Positions 1 to 13,793 of a stretch of 64,000 nucleotides of DNA are shown piece by piece. The translations under genes were made by a program, and so were the position numbers. The notes beneath the pieces were generated by a model, which saw only the letters and a program-made list of their open reading frames with translations, was not told where the DNA came from and ran no database searches. How positions within the stretch are numbered: position 1 is the first letter of the stretch; each line of letters starts with the position of its first letter. The stretch spans positions 57,598,001 to 57,662,000 of the forward strand of contig OZ024743.1 of NCBI GenBank assembly GCA_964016885.1. Direction: 5' to 3'. Source of the stretch: Eledone cirrhosa (taxonomy: Eukaryota).

Positions 1-3000
1 TGTACCGTGTCTTATCGGACGATTAACATAAAATCGCGCCGAGTGGAACGGGCATCCGAGTCCCAAATCCAAAAAGCTTTGGGACATGTGTGGACAAAAA
101 AACTCCTCGTCAGACGTAGGCAGAAATATGGAAAGAAAAGCAGGAGAACTGGTCCAGATCTGGGATGGAGCTCCTGATCCAAGTGAACCAAAAAAGCATT
201 GAGGAGATCCCAGAGGTAATAGATCTCACTGACGTCAGCCACCTCACCGTAATCGTCGAGGGCAGAAGTATGGAACCGTGGACGTGTTCTTTGAAACACC
301 ACAGGAGGCTAGAGAACACTCCATGGCTCCATTAAGAAGTGACGACTTCACACTCGTCCCAGCTATTGTGGCCAGAGACTCGTAAAGATCAGGGTCACCC
401 ACGTTCCACCGGCCATCGAAATTCCCTGGCTAATAGCTGCCGTCCTCGCCGGCCTCGAAGCTAACACCAAGGTAATAGAAATAGCGAAAGAAAAGCAGGG
501 GAACTGGTCCGGATCTGGGATGGAGCTCCTGATCTAAGCGGACCAAAAAAGCATTGAGGAGATCCGAGAGGTAATAGATCTCACTGACGTCAGCCACCTC
601 ACCGTAATCGTCGAGGGCAGAAGGCCTAGGTGTGTCGTTTGTGATGAAGGAACCTACCTAAGGGCTTTCTGCCCTCAGGCTAAAAGGTTGAGGCCACCTC
701 TCTTACCCACACCAGTGACTCAACCATCAACACCACCAGCAGCAGAAATAGCAGCAACAACTGTAGCAGCAACAACAGAAGCAACCATAACAGCAACAAC
801 CCCAGCAATAGTAGCAAAACCAAAACCACCATCCATCCAATGCGACAGAACTAGCACCAGCGCCACAAACAAAACCAACGCCTGTGGAAGATTTTCCACT
901 ACCCGACCTATCGCAACTGGAGACAGATTGTGACGACGAGGAGTGGGAAACGGTATCAGTAAAAAAGAAAAAAAGAAAAAAAGAAAAAGAAACCAAAAAA
1001 GAAAAAATCCTCTTCCTTCCCCCTCCAAAAACAACATACAGAGGGAAACAAATAAACTATCAAACAAAAAAGTTAGGACAGCTATGCCACCATCCACACC
1101 AGCATCACCAACCCCATCACCACAAACACCAATACCATCACCATCATTAACCCCAACACCACCATCACCAACACCACAAATGTCACCAAAAAGCGAAACA
1201 GAAACAAACCCACAACAAACGCAAACAAAGCAAAACAACCAATACGATACACACTACACAGCATTAAATTTGAACAACAACCAATTATTACACTACATCC
1301 AACACAACACCAGCATCACAGAAAAAGACTACACAACAACCCAAAAGTTCACACCACTTCCACACATACAAATCACTCGCATCACACAGAAAACGTACAC
1401 GACACTAAAACAAAAATTCCCCAAAGACATCGGAATCTTCTGACAAGCACTCTTCAGGAGGATTTATAAGGACATCCTCCCGGAGGAGGCCACAAGCAGT
1501 GAAAAGGATGGAGAAACCATCCTTCCTCTACGAGAAGAAAGGTAAGTGGTATTTCCCATCTTTTTCACTACATTTCAACATGACCTCACTCAGAATAGAC
1601 AGCATAAATGCGCGTGGCTTGGCGTCGTCATGGAAGCAGGGCCATCTGCTAAACGACCTCAGGTCACTAAACATAGATGTAGTGGCCATCAGCGAGACCA
1701 GATCTCCGAAGCACGGGCCTTCGCGCCGATCTTCGGTGGCTACGATGTGTACGCATCTCCCAGCCGTCTTGGATTGGGGGGAGGAGTTGCTGTGCTTTTT
1801 CGGACGGAGAGGTTTGGATCTCGCCATACGGGCCATCTTCCTGGACCCAGAAGGTAAGTTGATGGTGCTGGACGTGACCAGCAGAGACGAGCAAGCTTTC
1901 AGGCTAGTGGCCGTCTATTCCCCGACAGGAGTAGGGCGGCCTGATTTCTTCCGGCGTCTGGAGACATTTCTTGGAACGTCCTGCTCTTTAGTGTTAGTGG
2001 GCGACTGGAACGGTATCTTAGATACACGCTGGGACTGTGTAGGATTAGCGGATAACTGGAGGAGGGTGCAAGAGCCTCACCAACCTACTCAAGCGTTTTG
2101 AACTGTCTGACAGATACCGATTGGATTTCCTGAATGTGCCAATGTAGACTTGGACAAACCGCATAGGGTCATCCAGATCATATCTAGATAGAGTATTTTG
2201 TAGGGAAATAGATAGGTCTAGCATAGGCTGTCCACACTTCAAGATAGTCAGCTACACGGACCACAAATTCGTGATCTCTGTGCTTGACTTAGATAGGCTT
2301 CATAGACGAGGACCCGGCTACTCGAAGCTAAACGCGTCCTTACCAGCGCGCAGGACCTACAGAGACCAGATTAGCGAACTAGTTAAGCGGGCGTTGACGG
2401 GGGCCATCGTCAACAACAAGTGGTGGTTTGTTCTGAAAAGAGCGATTAGAATAGAGTCCATTAGGTTTAGTAAGGCTTTAGCAATAGAGAAAAACAGAGC
2501 AGAGCGAGAACTAGTTACACAATTAGAAGAGGCGCTTAGCAAAGGCATCGCGACCGACGTACTTGCGGCGAAATTGGCCCTTGACCAATTCTTCAATGCA
2601 AAGCACGAAGGCTGCGTTGTCAGAGCTAGGGTGCGCGCTCTCAGACACGAGGGGACGAAAGCCGATCAATGGGCCCGAGTGGCGGATGCGCGTCGTAGCA
2701 ACAAAGCCACGATCCGGTCTTTGGTGGACCACGACGGGCGCATACTACTCGATCCCGGGCAAATGTGTGAAGCTTTTCAGGGACACTTCACTCAGCTATC
2801 CGGGTGCAGCGGCGGGCCGAATCGAGGGATGGACTTTAGTGTGACTACCTCGACGGACTGTCGCGGCTCTCGGCCACTCAGGCGGAGCGTTGCGAAAAGC
2901 TGATAACAGTCGCTGAAGTACGGGAGGCAATGACTGGCTGCACAAGGGGTAAACTTTACGTACAGATGCCAGACTTGTTCGGAGGCCTCTTGGCGGACGT

Positions 3001-4700
3001 CTACTGCAACTGGCAACAGAATTCTCAGCTCTGTGCGCCGAGGATCTGTGGCGCTGCTGAGAAAGGATCCGAACAAGGGGGATAACATAGATAATTTCAG
3101 GCCCATAACTCTGCTAAACACAGAGTTCAAGATTTTGCCTAGGTGCTAGCAAAGAGGTTGGCGCTTGTCGTTGGTGGTCTGGTGGGAGAGGCGCAGACGT
3201 GCGCCATTCCCGACAGATCCATCCACGACAACCTCCACCTCATGCGATACATCGTAAAGAGGGTAGATAGGGAACCTGGCACGGGTGGGTCCTTGATCAA
3301 TTTAGATTAGTCGAAAGCTTTCGATAGGGTCGACCATCGTTACCTAGCGGCAGTCCTGAGGGCGGCTGGCTTTGGGCCCGTCTTCAGAGGCTGGATCGCT
3401 GCCATGCACAGCGACATCTGCTCTGTGGTGAGAGTGAACGGTCACCTTTCGGAACCGTTCAACATCATGCGCTCGGTCCGCCAAGGATGTCCCCTCTCGT
3501 CCCTCTTGTACGTATTGACTCTCGAGCCATTACTGCACTAACTGGAGACGTTGAGGAGAGTCCCGCGCGAACTAGGATGCGGAAGATCCGGTCAGCATAT
3601 GCGGACGATGTCACCGTAGTGGTGTCGGACGCCAAACACATCGAGGCGATCGGCACTACACTAAGAGAATACGAAGCGGTGACAGGAGCAATGATCAACC
3701 AGGAAAAGTCAGTGGGCCTGCAGCTCGGCACCTGGAGAAGCAGGTCCATGCCGTCCAACAGCGTCGTCGGGCGCTGGACGGACGGACCGGTTAAATTGCT
3801 AGGGGTCTGGTTCGGTCCGGAACTCCAGACGGACAAAAACTGGGACGAGGTGACGAGCAGGGTGGCTTCTCTCACCCGAAAATCACGACGAAAATCAACT
3901 AGCCAATCTCTTCGGAAGGACTTTCGGGCCAGGGCCTATGAACAACTTCCAGAAATCCCTGGCCTGGCAGTGCTACCGAGGAGCTTTGCCAGTTCGGGAT
4001 AAACTCTACAGGCATGGAGGTGCCGTCAGCCAGGCATGTTCGATATGCGTGCAGGGCGACGAAACCGTCCTGCACGCACTTGTCTAGTGGCCGAGCATCG
4101 CTGACTTGTGGGTTTATGTCGAACACCTGCTGTCACCTGTAGGACGGATCCAGCTATCAGCTGAGTCCATCGTGAGGATTGCCCCGCCCTCTTCCTTTAG
4201 CCGGGAAGGGCAGGCAGTTTTTATCTGTCTGGTGGCCATGACGAAAGAGATAGTATGGTGGACACGTTTGAAAGGGCTGAAGACGAGTACTTACCTCTTC
4301 GGTGATGCCCTGATTAACTTTTTCAAATTTCATTTGAAATGGAAAATCAGGGTAGAGAGGGAAGTGCTCACTTCCCAGCATTTTGTTGAAAGATGGGTGA
4401 GAGAAGCAAGTATGGCCCGAGTGAATGGGCCTACTCTGAGTATGTGTCTGTAAATTAAAGGTGGAAAACTGGGAGAGGGCACTTGCCCTGGTGGTCAGGG
4501 TCACTGTGGCCTTTTAATGGGCTTTCTCCACAAATGTCTCTCGGAAGTCTCCCCCCTATTGGGGAATTATTCATTGTTATTTTTTTTATTACATCCTCTG
4601 TTTTTTTTACACGCAGAAATGCCCATTTGTACCGTCCTGTATTGTCCTGTACTGTTCTTAATGTCTACTTTATGTAAACCATTGTGGTTAATAAAGAAAG
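1..4700 (+). mobile_element. Decayed Tx1/L1-clade non-LTR retrotransposon (5' end outside window)
   Basis: ORF1-like region with degenerate zinc knuckle (RPRCVVCDEGTYLRAFCP, ~620-680) and low-complexity tail. Followed by APE, RT and a C-terminal Cys/His region, then a 3' UTR ending in AATAAAGAAAGC near 4700. Confidence 0.9.
1580..4453 (+). pseudogene. ORF2 (APE endonuclease + reverse transcriptase) of Tx1/L1 element, frameshifted
   Basis: Motifs MTSLRIDSINARGL, DVVAISET, LVAVYSP, LVGDWN, SYLDRVF, TDHK, FRPITLLNTEFKI, SKAFDRVDH, VRQGCPLS, AYADDV and INQEKS are spread over several frames with stops. Confidence 0.9.
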
Positions 4701-4734
4701 CATTACTATTACAAAGAAATTATTATTATTATTA

Positions 4735-6167
4735 CAGTTGCATTTATCTTGCTTTATGTTCATACGAGTTATCACCAAGTCACAACCAGTGACCTCAAGA
4801 AACAACAAGGTCCGCCATGTTCAAGAAAGAACATACATATTCACACATGCATCTTTAGTGTTTAGACTTGTGATGTACTTATATTGACAGAATCTTCCTT
4901 AGTATATGGGCAGTTCCCATTAATACTATCTTTTGTATTTCTCCTATACGCGGGTTTCCTGGGATTTGCGATATGTAATCATTAGACCCCTTAGGTATCA
5001 TTCCCAGAGCGCCTACAACCACTGGTATTGTTTTAGTTCTCAATTTCCACATTTTTCCAATTTCTATCTCCAGGTCCTTATACTTGCTCAATTTTTCAAA
5101 TGTTTTTATAGATACATTCTTGTCTATTGGAACAGACATATCAATTAGCAGGCATACCCTCTTTTGAAAGTCTTTCAATATTATATCAGGTCTGTTTGCA
5201 TCTATTTTTCGGTCTGTTTGGATGCTAAAGTTCCACAAGATTGAGATGTGATCTTTTTCAAGTATGGGAGGTGGTTGATGCTCCCACCAATTCTTTTGAT
5301 GGGGCAGGTCAAAATGCTTACACATTATCCAATGTATGTATTGTGCAGCTCTGTCATGCCTGTTTAGGTATTCGGTTGGAGCTATAGGACTGCACATTGA
5401 AATTATATGGTCAATGGTCTCTGGTTGTTTTTTGCATACACGGCATAATGGGCTGCACCCATTTTTTATTATGTTGGCTTGGTAATTTTTTGTTGGCAGA
5501 CACTGATCTTGTGCCGATATAATCAGTCCTTCAGTCTCCGATTTCAGTCCAGAGGATGCCAACCACTGATGGGTTAAAGTTTTGTCAACATCAGGATTGT
5601 TAGCTCGCTCTGGGTATTTTCCATACAGAGGCTTTTCTTGCCATTTCTTAGCCAGTTTCCGTAGCAGTTCTTTCTTTGCAGTTACTTTTACCTGCTTTGC
5701 TTTTTCTGTGTTTTCCATTTCAGCAGTAAATGGGACTTCTGAAATTTGTAGTCCATTACTGTATCTTTGTGCATCTTTTGTAATGGAATATGATCTTTTG
5801 ATGCTTTCGTGTTTCAAAACGAGTTTGATCATCCAATCATGTGATTCCCTTAGATATGTAGATAATCCAATTGTTGCAGTTTTCAACGCAATGTCTAACT
5901 GGATTAACCCACGTCCTCCTTCTTTCCTAGGGAGATATATTCTATCTATATCTGCCTTAGGGTTATGCATTCTGTGCATGGTTAAGAATTTTCGAATTTT
6001 TGTATCGAGCCTACGGATCTCTGTGCTTGACCAGTTAATGACATTGTAACTGTAGGTTACTACTGGTATGGCAAGCGTGTTTATGGCATCGATCCTATTC
6101 CTTGCATTCAATTCCGTTCTTAAGATTGCTCTTACTCTGCGGTAACATTCCTTCCTTATCCTTTCCC

Positions 6168-6168
<1 letters not shown>
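4735..6168 (-). mobile_element. 5'-truncated RLE-type LINE (R4/Dong-like) inserted in (TAA)n
   Basis: Open RT-thumb/CCHC/RLE frame and short 3' UTR, with (TTA)n on both sides (4719-4734, 6168-6210). Confidence 0.85.
4879..6168 (-). CDS. C-terminal part of RLE LINE polyprotein (RT thumb, CCHC finger, restriction-like endonuclease); 5'-truncated, no true start
   Basis: IYLPRKEGGRGL, CRVCKKQPETIDHIISMC, RHD, NRPDI, LLIDMSVP, KLSKYKDL and PVVVGALG. Frame stays open to the truncation point (RERIRKECYRRVRAILRTELNARN). Confidence 0.85.
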
Positions 6169-6210
<42 letters not shown>

Positions 6211-6212
<2 letters not shown>

Positions 6213-6322
6213 AATCCCGCCGAGGTTAACTTTGCCTTTAATCCTTACGGGGTCGATAAAATAAAGTGCCAGTAATGTACTGGTGATTTCTGGCCTTGGA
6301 TTAAAGTAGAAACAATTATTAT
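6211..6322 (+). mobile_element. tRNA-derived SINE family A (Meta-domain-like), 5'-truncated
   Basis: AAATCCCGCCGAGGTTAACTTTGCCTTT..ATCCTTACGGGGTCGATAAAATAAAGT..CAG, shared with copies at 14030, 38495, 54160 and 63038; ATT tail. Confidence 0.7.
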
Positions 6323-6454
6323 TCTATATATTAAACTATATATATATATACGTACATATGTTTGTGTTTGTGTGTGTATTAAGCAATCAATTCGTACATA
6401 TCTGTATTATTTATAATCATTTCTGTCTTACATATATCCAATGATGGATGTAGC

Positions 6455-6533
<79 letters not shown>

Positions 6534-8129
6534 CGCTACGTCCATCATATATTATATATTTATATATATATCACACATCATGTATGTATCTAGACACACA
6601 CACGCACAAATATATATACATATATATACATACACATTTATCGCATATATATTCTTTCTTCTTGCTTTTGTTTCCTCCTGTACTGACAGAAGGATGATGA
6701 ATAACGTTCCAATTTAATCATATAAACGGCGGATATTGCTTAATTAAATTTCAACAAAGATCCACTGGAGACCATTAATACTTAGAAAAATAATTGTGAA
6801 ATTATAATTTTGAAGAAAAGCGACATAAGTTGCTATGTTCTTACTCAAATATTTGTGGAAGTGATATATAAAGAAAGAGAGGAAGCTGATGTACATGAGG
6901 CCGTAATCAGAATCAGTTAATCACTAACTAGACATATATCACTGCAGTGTATTTTTTCTTTCTCTCTCTAGATATAGCAAATCCAATGATTGATTTTTAC
7001 TTTAACGTTCCTTTTGAAAGATCGAAACTATACACACACATCAGAAATAACTGTGAACATTTAATTAAATTCCGCCAAATGCTTTGAAACATGATTTTCC
7101 ATAAAGCTAAAAAAACAAAAACAAAAACAAAACAACACTGAAACCATGACTGATAAAACTGTTTGGTGTGCAATCACAAAGAGAGACCTAAAAGGCTAAA
7201 AGCTCCTTAGAAGTAAAGACTTTCTACTTTAAACAAATGTTTTCACCTCTGACCTACAATTATATTCCATCCACGAAAAATTGTTTGAAGAAATAAAACG
7301 CATGTTTGTGTTGAATGTGGCAATGTTTGGCGGATTTCTGTTCCTTGTAATTTAGACAAAATTCACTTTAAAACCAAATTATTGATTTACAGACAAACAG
7401 ACGGGGAGAACTGATCAGTTTCTATAGCAGTTTCAATATTTTGTTACAATTTACGATATCGTTTTAAGCACGATTTGTAAACATTTCTATATTGAGCAAA
7501 CACCATAAATTACTCTGTCTAAGCTCTACATGTTGTAGGTTGCAAAATAAGTGACTGGAAAATGTGTGTCTGCTGGGAAGTGTGTCTGTGTGTCGGATCT
7601 TCGCCGGTACCGAGCTCATCATCATATACACTAAGCCATGTACCATAACATAACAAATAGCTGTTAACTGGAAGTCTTGTGGTTGGTTTAAGATTTATTG
7701 TTTAATCATAAGTGAATTCAACCGGGTTGTTTTTGTTGTCATCGATAAATTAGTACTCGAAGTAGTGCGTGTGTTTGTGTGTGTGTGTATATGTGTATAT
7801 GTGTGTGTGTCTCTGTTGGACGTCTGTCGTCACCAATGATCAGCGTTCAATTAATGGAACAGGCAGCTCTTGTAAAAATTAAGGTATATGTAACTGAGCA
7901 TTCCACAAACACGAGTACACTTGACGTAATTCTCAGGAAGCTTCAGCACGCCAAAGTGAGCTTCAATGCATAATCTTCCTCTTCGCAAAAGTTTTACTCA
8001 ATGACTCTCAACGCGTTGCTGGGAGTAGAAAACAGCCCTACGATCGCTAAATAGTAAGCCACACTCTTTCACACAAAACACAGATATGTGTGTGTGCGTG
8101 TGAGTGTGTGCGTGCGAGTATGTGTGTGT

Positions 8130-8630
8130 GTTGTATATCCATTGGTTCCGATGGCAAGCATTCCAGTTGTTCGATCAACGGAACAGAGTTCTCGAGAAGA
8201 AATCAGCATCCATGTAGTTGATGATTCCACAGACGTGTGTATCCTAAACGTAATATTCTGAAAGATTTAGTATGCACATTATGTGACAAGGCTGGCTCTT
8301 TGAATCACAGGTACAACTCAGTTTTTCTAGTTCAGTTAACTAGGGCAACGGAAAATAATGTATCTTGCCATATGAGGGTAAGCTGAAAAAGTTCATAAGC
8401 TGATTATGAAGGAGTGATGCTAATGCTGTGAAATCTTGCATCCATTAATTTCAACTCCTCTTATTAATACCTGCATTATGTTAAAAAATAAACCTCACTT
8501 GGTCATTCCATGAGAGTATCTTGGTCAGCCTATGAACCTTTCCTCCGATCCTCATAAAACACACCACGTCGCTAGGAATAGAACTCGCGACTTAACGATG
8601 ATGCGACGGACATACTAAACCTTGCGCCTT
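8130..8630 (-). mobile_element. tRNA-derived CORE-like SINE family B, degraded and interrupted
   Basis: Reverse-strand B-box (GAGTTCTATTCC) and body shared with copies at 15552 and 16350. Confidence 0.55.
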
Positions 8631-10969
8631 TACTAGACTGGAAAATATTAAAACAGTGTTTACAGATATTCCATTTTATCTTCTGCTAGAACATTGAGTA
8701 AACACATTATCTTCTCGAATATTATTTTAAGAAAAACACGTCATTTTCTGGAATATTCCATAAACATATCATCGTCTATATATATTTTAGAATCCAATTC
8801 AGTTTATCATTTACAATAAAACTTTCCTCCAGCGATGGTCTTTCCTAATTACATATATAACAATAAAGTCCCCTACTTCACATGTTCAAACATATATAGG
8901 TGAATGAGTGTGATAAAAGTCGTCGCACAACACTAAACAAACATATTTTCATTCTGTTTGATAAACTGAAATGAGTATCGATCGTAGTTGCAATACCGTC
9001 TAGGGGAAGATCTTGCATTCACTGTTACTCAACACTTTTGTTACCAACCCTGCCAAAGTCGGTTCTGTTTCTATGAAACAAAAATCATCTATTTTAAAAG
9101 AATCCTATTTAAACTAAAATCTTCCAACATAATTTTATATAAGAACTATATGTTAAGTAATGAAATAATAGTTTTAGTAACCCCACCACCCAAAAAATTA
9201 TTTATAAATCAATTTAAATAGATTGTATTACATTGGAAATACACTCACTGTAAGCTCCGGTCTGATAAGGCTCTGTGCCCGAGAAAGACATCTTTCCCAA
9301 CCATCTGTCTGTTTATCCCCATCCAATTCAATGCGAATCGCTTCAATTGTAAGCAACATATAACTGATAAATAAGAAATATTGCAGCAATAATTCCTGCA
9401 CATGTCATGCACCAAGTAATCAGAGCTGCTTCATAGCTAAAACTTCCGTTTTTAATAACACTTCAACATATCTGAAAAGAGAAACACGTTTAACAACAGG
9501 GAAGATTCGTTTTTCGTTTTTCGTTTTTTTTAATATTAATTAAAGCATCTCTGTATTGCTAGCATAACTTGTGTCATATGAAATTACACCTTGTTATGAT
9601 TCTATTCATGTCATTCTCATCCATCTAATTCCTTTTTCTCATTAGCTTCTTCCATTTCAAAATGTCTTTTGTACGTCTCCATCTCTTTTAAACTTGTTTT
9701 TCAATAATTTATTTCTCTGTAATTCCCATATTTCATTAAATATTATTTGTGTTGTTTCAGAGTGTTTAGTTCTAGGATTTTATTGATTTACTTCTGTTAT
9801 ATCACAATTTTATATTTCTATAGAAACACTGCTCGCATTTACAAGAATCCGCTACAGAAAAAAAATGATCGTAAATGGGTGAGATAGGGTAGGGGTGCAA
9901 GTAATTTGTTTATATGTTCTTATGGCAGTAAATAATTGAAAACCAGTGGTGACAAGTTGAATTGTGGCGGGGAAAATAAGTAGCTGAGGTTTATTAAGTA
10001 CACCCGAATAGTCACTATATATGAATACATTGTTAAATAATTCTAATGGAAGTTAAAATAACTGCAGCGATACCCCATCCCCCGCTCCAAGAAAAATATA
10101 ACAAACAAGAAAAAACAACAAAAAGAAACATTGGTGTATTCGCACGTGGATTGGCTGTTGGTTGGAGTCCTTTGAAAAGTCACTTAACTCCGCATCTGTT
10201 TATTGATTAGAAATTAGATACTAAGAAAAAAGATAGGAGGAGGAGGAATGGCATCAATCATTCAGTTTAATTAAGATATTATTCTTAAGCTTTCATTAAC
10301 GAATTTGAGTCGTGACAAAATTAATTTATCACATCCGGGTCACAAATATAGTGCGACAGTCGGAAGATCAGGAGTAACGTCACTTTAGATTCAAATCAAA
10401 ATCAACTCGTGTCACAAAATCTCAGCTCACCAGCTAGACCAAAGTATACGAATGACCAGCACTAGTTTTCATACTTCCTTTCTCACTATTCCGTCTTCAT
10501 TAATATAAAACAGACACAGCTGATGTTCATAAATACATTTTAGATTTAATCGGTTTATATAAGCATTATAACTATAATATTAATTAATAAATAAAGAAGA
10601 TAATATAAAACTATAATGAGTATTGCAAACAATCTACGAAATAAGTGAAGTGAAAATATTAAGTGATGAAGTCTTCTGATAGGAAAAACCAGGAAAGTGT
10701 ATAAAAGGCTATCTTGATAACGAAAAATTACCCGATGATAGAATCTCACTAATTGCTTCAATATTTTCTTTGATGATTTTATCAAATCTCCCCGAATTAT
10801 TATGTTTGTGTGATTCAGTATTGAACTGAGAAAGAATGGGAGACGCACTTTGATAGATATATCATTTTATTGTAATTTCAGATAAATAAAAGATTTGCAA
10901 TAACAATTCTCAGACAGAATATAATTCAGTAGGAGTTGTTGGTCAACATAACAGAATAGTAATAGTAAT

Positions 10970-12010
10970 AATGACATTGTAGAAAACTGTGACAGAACTA
11001 AAACACTGAGATTGTAGTCTAAAACTGTGACACTGACGTTGTAATTTATGTCAGTACCGTGACACTGTAGCCGAATGAGAGGTAGGGAGAGAGAAAGAAA
11101 GAAAGAAACAAACAAACAAATGAAAAATAAAAATAGAAACATTTATATTACACGTGTTGCGTGTATACTCTATATATGTGTATAAAAGAAGAACTATGAC
11201 TCTGAGGCTGCAGGTAATGACAATACTGTGAGACTGAAAATGTAGATTATGACAGAACTATGATATTTAGACTGAAGGTTATGACATAACTATGACACTG
11301 ACATTGTAAACTGTGTCAGTACTGTGACATTGTAGGTTGTGACAGAATGTTGACACTGACATATTATGTTATGACAGCACTGTGGAACTGTGACTGTAGC
11401 ATATGATAGAACTGTGAGACTGTCACAGTAGGTTATGACAAACCCATGACACTGAAAATGACAGAACTATGACACTGAGACTGAAGGTTATAACAGCATT
11501 GTGAAACTGTGACTGTAGGTTAAAACAGAACTGTGAGACTGTGACGGTAGGTTATGACAAACCTATGACACTGAAAATGACAGAACTATGACACTGAGAC
11601 TGAAGGTTATGATATAACTATGGCACTAAGACTGGACTGTAGGTTATAAAAGAACTGTGATGGTACTGTGGGTTATGACAGAACTGTAATATCACTATAG
11701 TTTATGACGGAACTGTGAGATTGACATTGTAGGTTATGACACAACTATAGCACTGAAAGTGACATAACTGTAACACTTGCACCGTAGGTTATGATAGAAC
11801 TGCGATGGTTCGGTAGACTATGACCGAACTGCGACGCTAACACTGTTCGTTATGATAAACCTACAATACTGAGATTCTAGGTTATGTCAGTACTATAACA
11901 TTGACATTGTAAGTTTTGACAGTAATGTGACACCGGCACTCTAACTTATATCATTACTATGGCACTATGACTGTAGTTTAAGATGGGCTTGTGATATTGA
12001 TACTGTGAAT
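10970..12010. repeat. ~32-bp degenerate minisatellite (TGTAGGTTATGACAGAACTGTGAGACTGTGAC-like) with a 119-bp higher-order duplication
   Basis: Recurrent GGTTATGACAGAACT/GACACTGA units; 11408-11500 is repeated at offset 119. Confidence 0.85.
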
Positions 12011-12194
12011 ATTTCTGCTTTTGATAATATAATGCGAACAATGTCCGAGAGTGGATTAAATATAAGACATAGTTCAAAATTCCAAGAACGTTACCGAATA
12101 TTACCCGCACCGGAAGAAGGTCGAAGGGTACAACGGCTGAGACTTTGAGCCTATAACAACTAAGATGAGGAAACTATTTTGTATAAATCAGTGT

Positions 12195-12232
<38 letters not shown>

Positions 12233-12448
12233 TGCCGTCATCATTGTAATCGAAATTATAATCATCATTATCATCATCGTCATTCGATTTGCGTTCGTTT
12301 TCCATACTGACACAAGTGCAACTGTTTATCACATTCTGAGATGGCACAGGTCAGATGCTCATAAATTCTATCTTGATGTGGTTTCTACGCCAGCCACTTT
12401 ACAATGTGAAGTCAGTGCACTACCAGGTTGCAGTCTAGACTATTTGCA

Positions 12449-12785
12449 TTTTATTGTGGCCCCAGCACTACCACTTTAGGGACTGGACTGTGTGTATTTC
12501 ACCCTGGACCCAGAACTATCACTTTAGGGATCGGACTGGGTGTATTTCACCGTGACACCACCACTACCACTTTAGGGATTGGATTGGGCATATTTCACCG
12601 TGGCCCCAGCACTACCACTTTAGGGACTGGACTGGGTATATTTCACCGTGGCCCCAGCACTACCATTTTAGGGGCTGGACTGGGTATATTTCACCGTGGC
12701 CCCAGCACTACTACTTTAGGGACTGGACTGGGTGTATTTCACCGTGACACCGAAACTATCACTTTACTCAGAGCAGACTGGGTGA
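12449..12785. repeat. 48-bp minisatellite, ~7 copies
   Basis: TTTCACC recurs at 12497, 12545, 12593, 12641, 12689 and 12737. Unit: TTTCACCGTGGCCCCAGCACTACCACTTTAGGGACTGGACTGGGTATA. Confidence 0.9.
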
Positions 12786-13631
12786 GTATCATTGTAGCAT
12801 AATGATTATTTATCATCATAAAATTTTAAATTATGCTGAACTATGCACGGCTTGATTAGACATATAAGGGGCGTAGCTCTTCTCTCTAAACGGAGAAAAC
12901 AAGTGTATACTTTAGAATGGGTTTTGTTTCTTATACAGTCTCATCTAAATTTAAAAATTTTATTCTCATAAAGAAAGGAATCTCATTCATCATGTTTTAG
13001 AACAGTGAGCTTAGATTTTCATTTTATATATTCAACAAATAATGAATATAGACTACTAGGCATAAATATATACACAAATTTACATATGAAACCTATATAA
13101 GACTTTGTATATATATTAATACAAAACAGTGTTAATTTTGTGTCTCCATAAATTATTTATTTTTGCTGCTCTTTGCACTAAATTATCTTTGTGTGGAATA
13201 GAATTTGTGTTGAATTGTCTTGTCTGGAAACTTTGCTGAATCCTTAGAAAAACTGTAAGAAATGTAGTGAGAAAAGAATTTTAAGTTTTTATAATAATCA
13301 CGAAACCTCTCAGTCGATAGTATGAATGGTTTTGTATTCAACTGCTTTTCTTATTTTGTGTATTCTAATTAGAACATATATTAGAGTAAACATACATATA
13401 AAAAAACATTTTATAAATAAACAATATTCTATTAAAATTATCTATGTATATATTTTGCAACATCGATTCACTGCTAAAATATTGTTCTAAATTAGATTTT
13501 GGAACACGATTGAGAATCTCTACACTCGTCTATGTGATACACTAGTGTATACTATATACCTATGTACATGATACACTGATATATATATATAATAATAAAT
13601 AAGAGGGACGGTTTTATTCGTACATCTTCAT

Positions 13632-13669
<38 letters not shown>

Positions 13670-13793
13670 GCTGGTTCAATCGGGAGTTAAACAATATGTA
13701 AGGTACTCAATACGAATGAAACAGTTCTAGTCCTGTAGAATCCATTTCTATATTAAATATTACATATATATATATATAATTATATATATATAT

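Noticed and set aside
7606-7617. GAGCTCGGTACC (minus) resembling a pUC polylinker, within a possible small exon (VYDDELGTGEDP)
   Set aside because: Only 12 bp with no other vector sequence; the exon has no supporting homology or partner exons.
10140-10400. CACGTG/ATTGG motifs as a promoter
   Set aside because: Short motifs expected by chance; no downstream gene identified.
10970-12785. Regular repeats as a CRISPR array
   Set aside because: Head-to-tail tandem units with no unique spacers, no cas genes, and a eukaryotic context.
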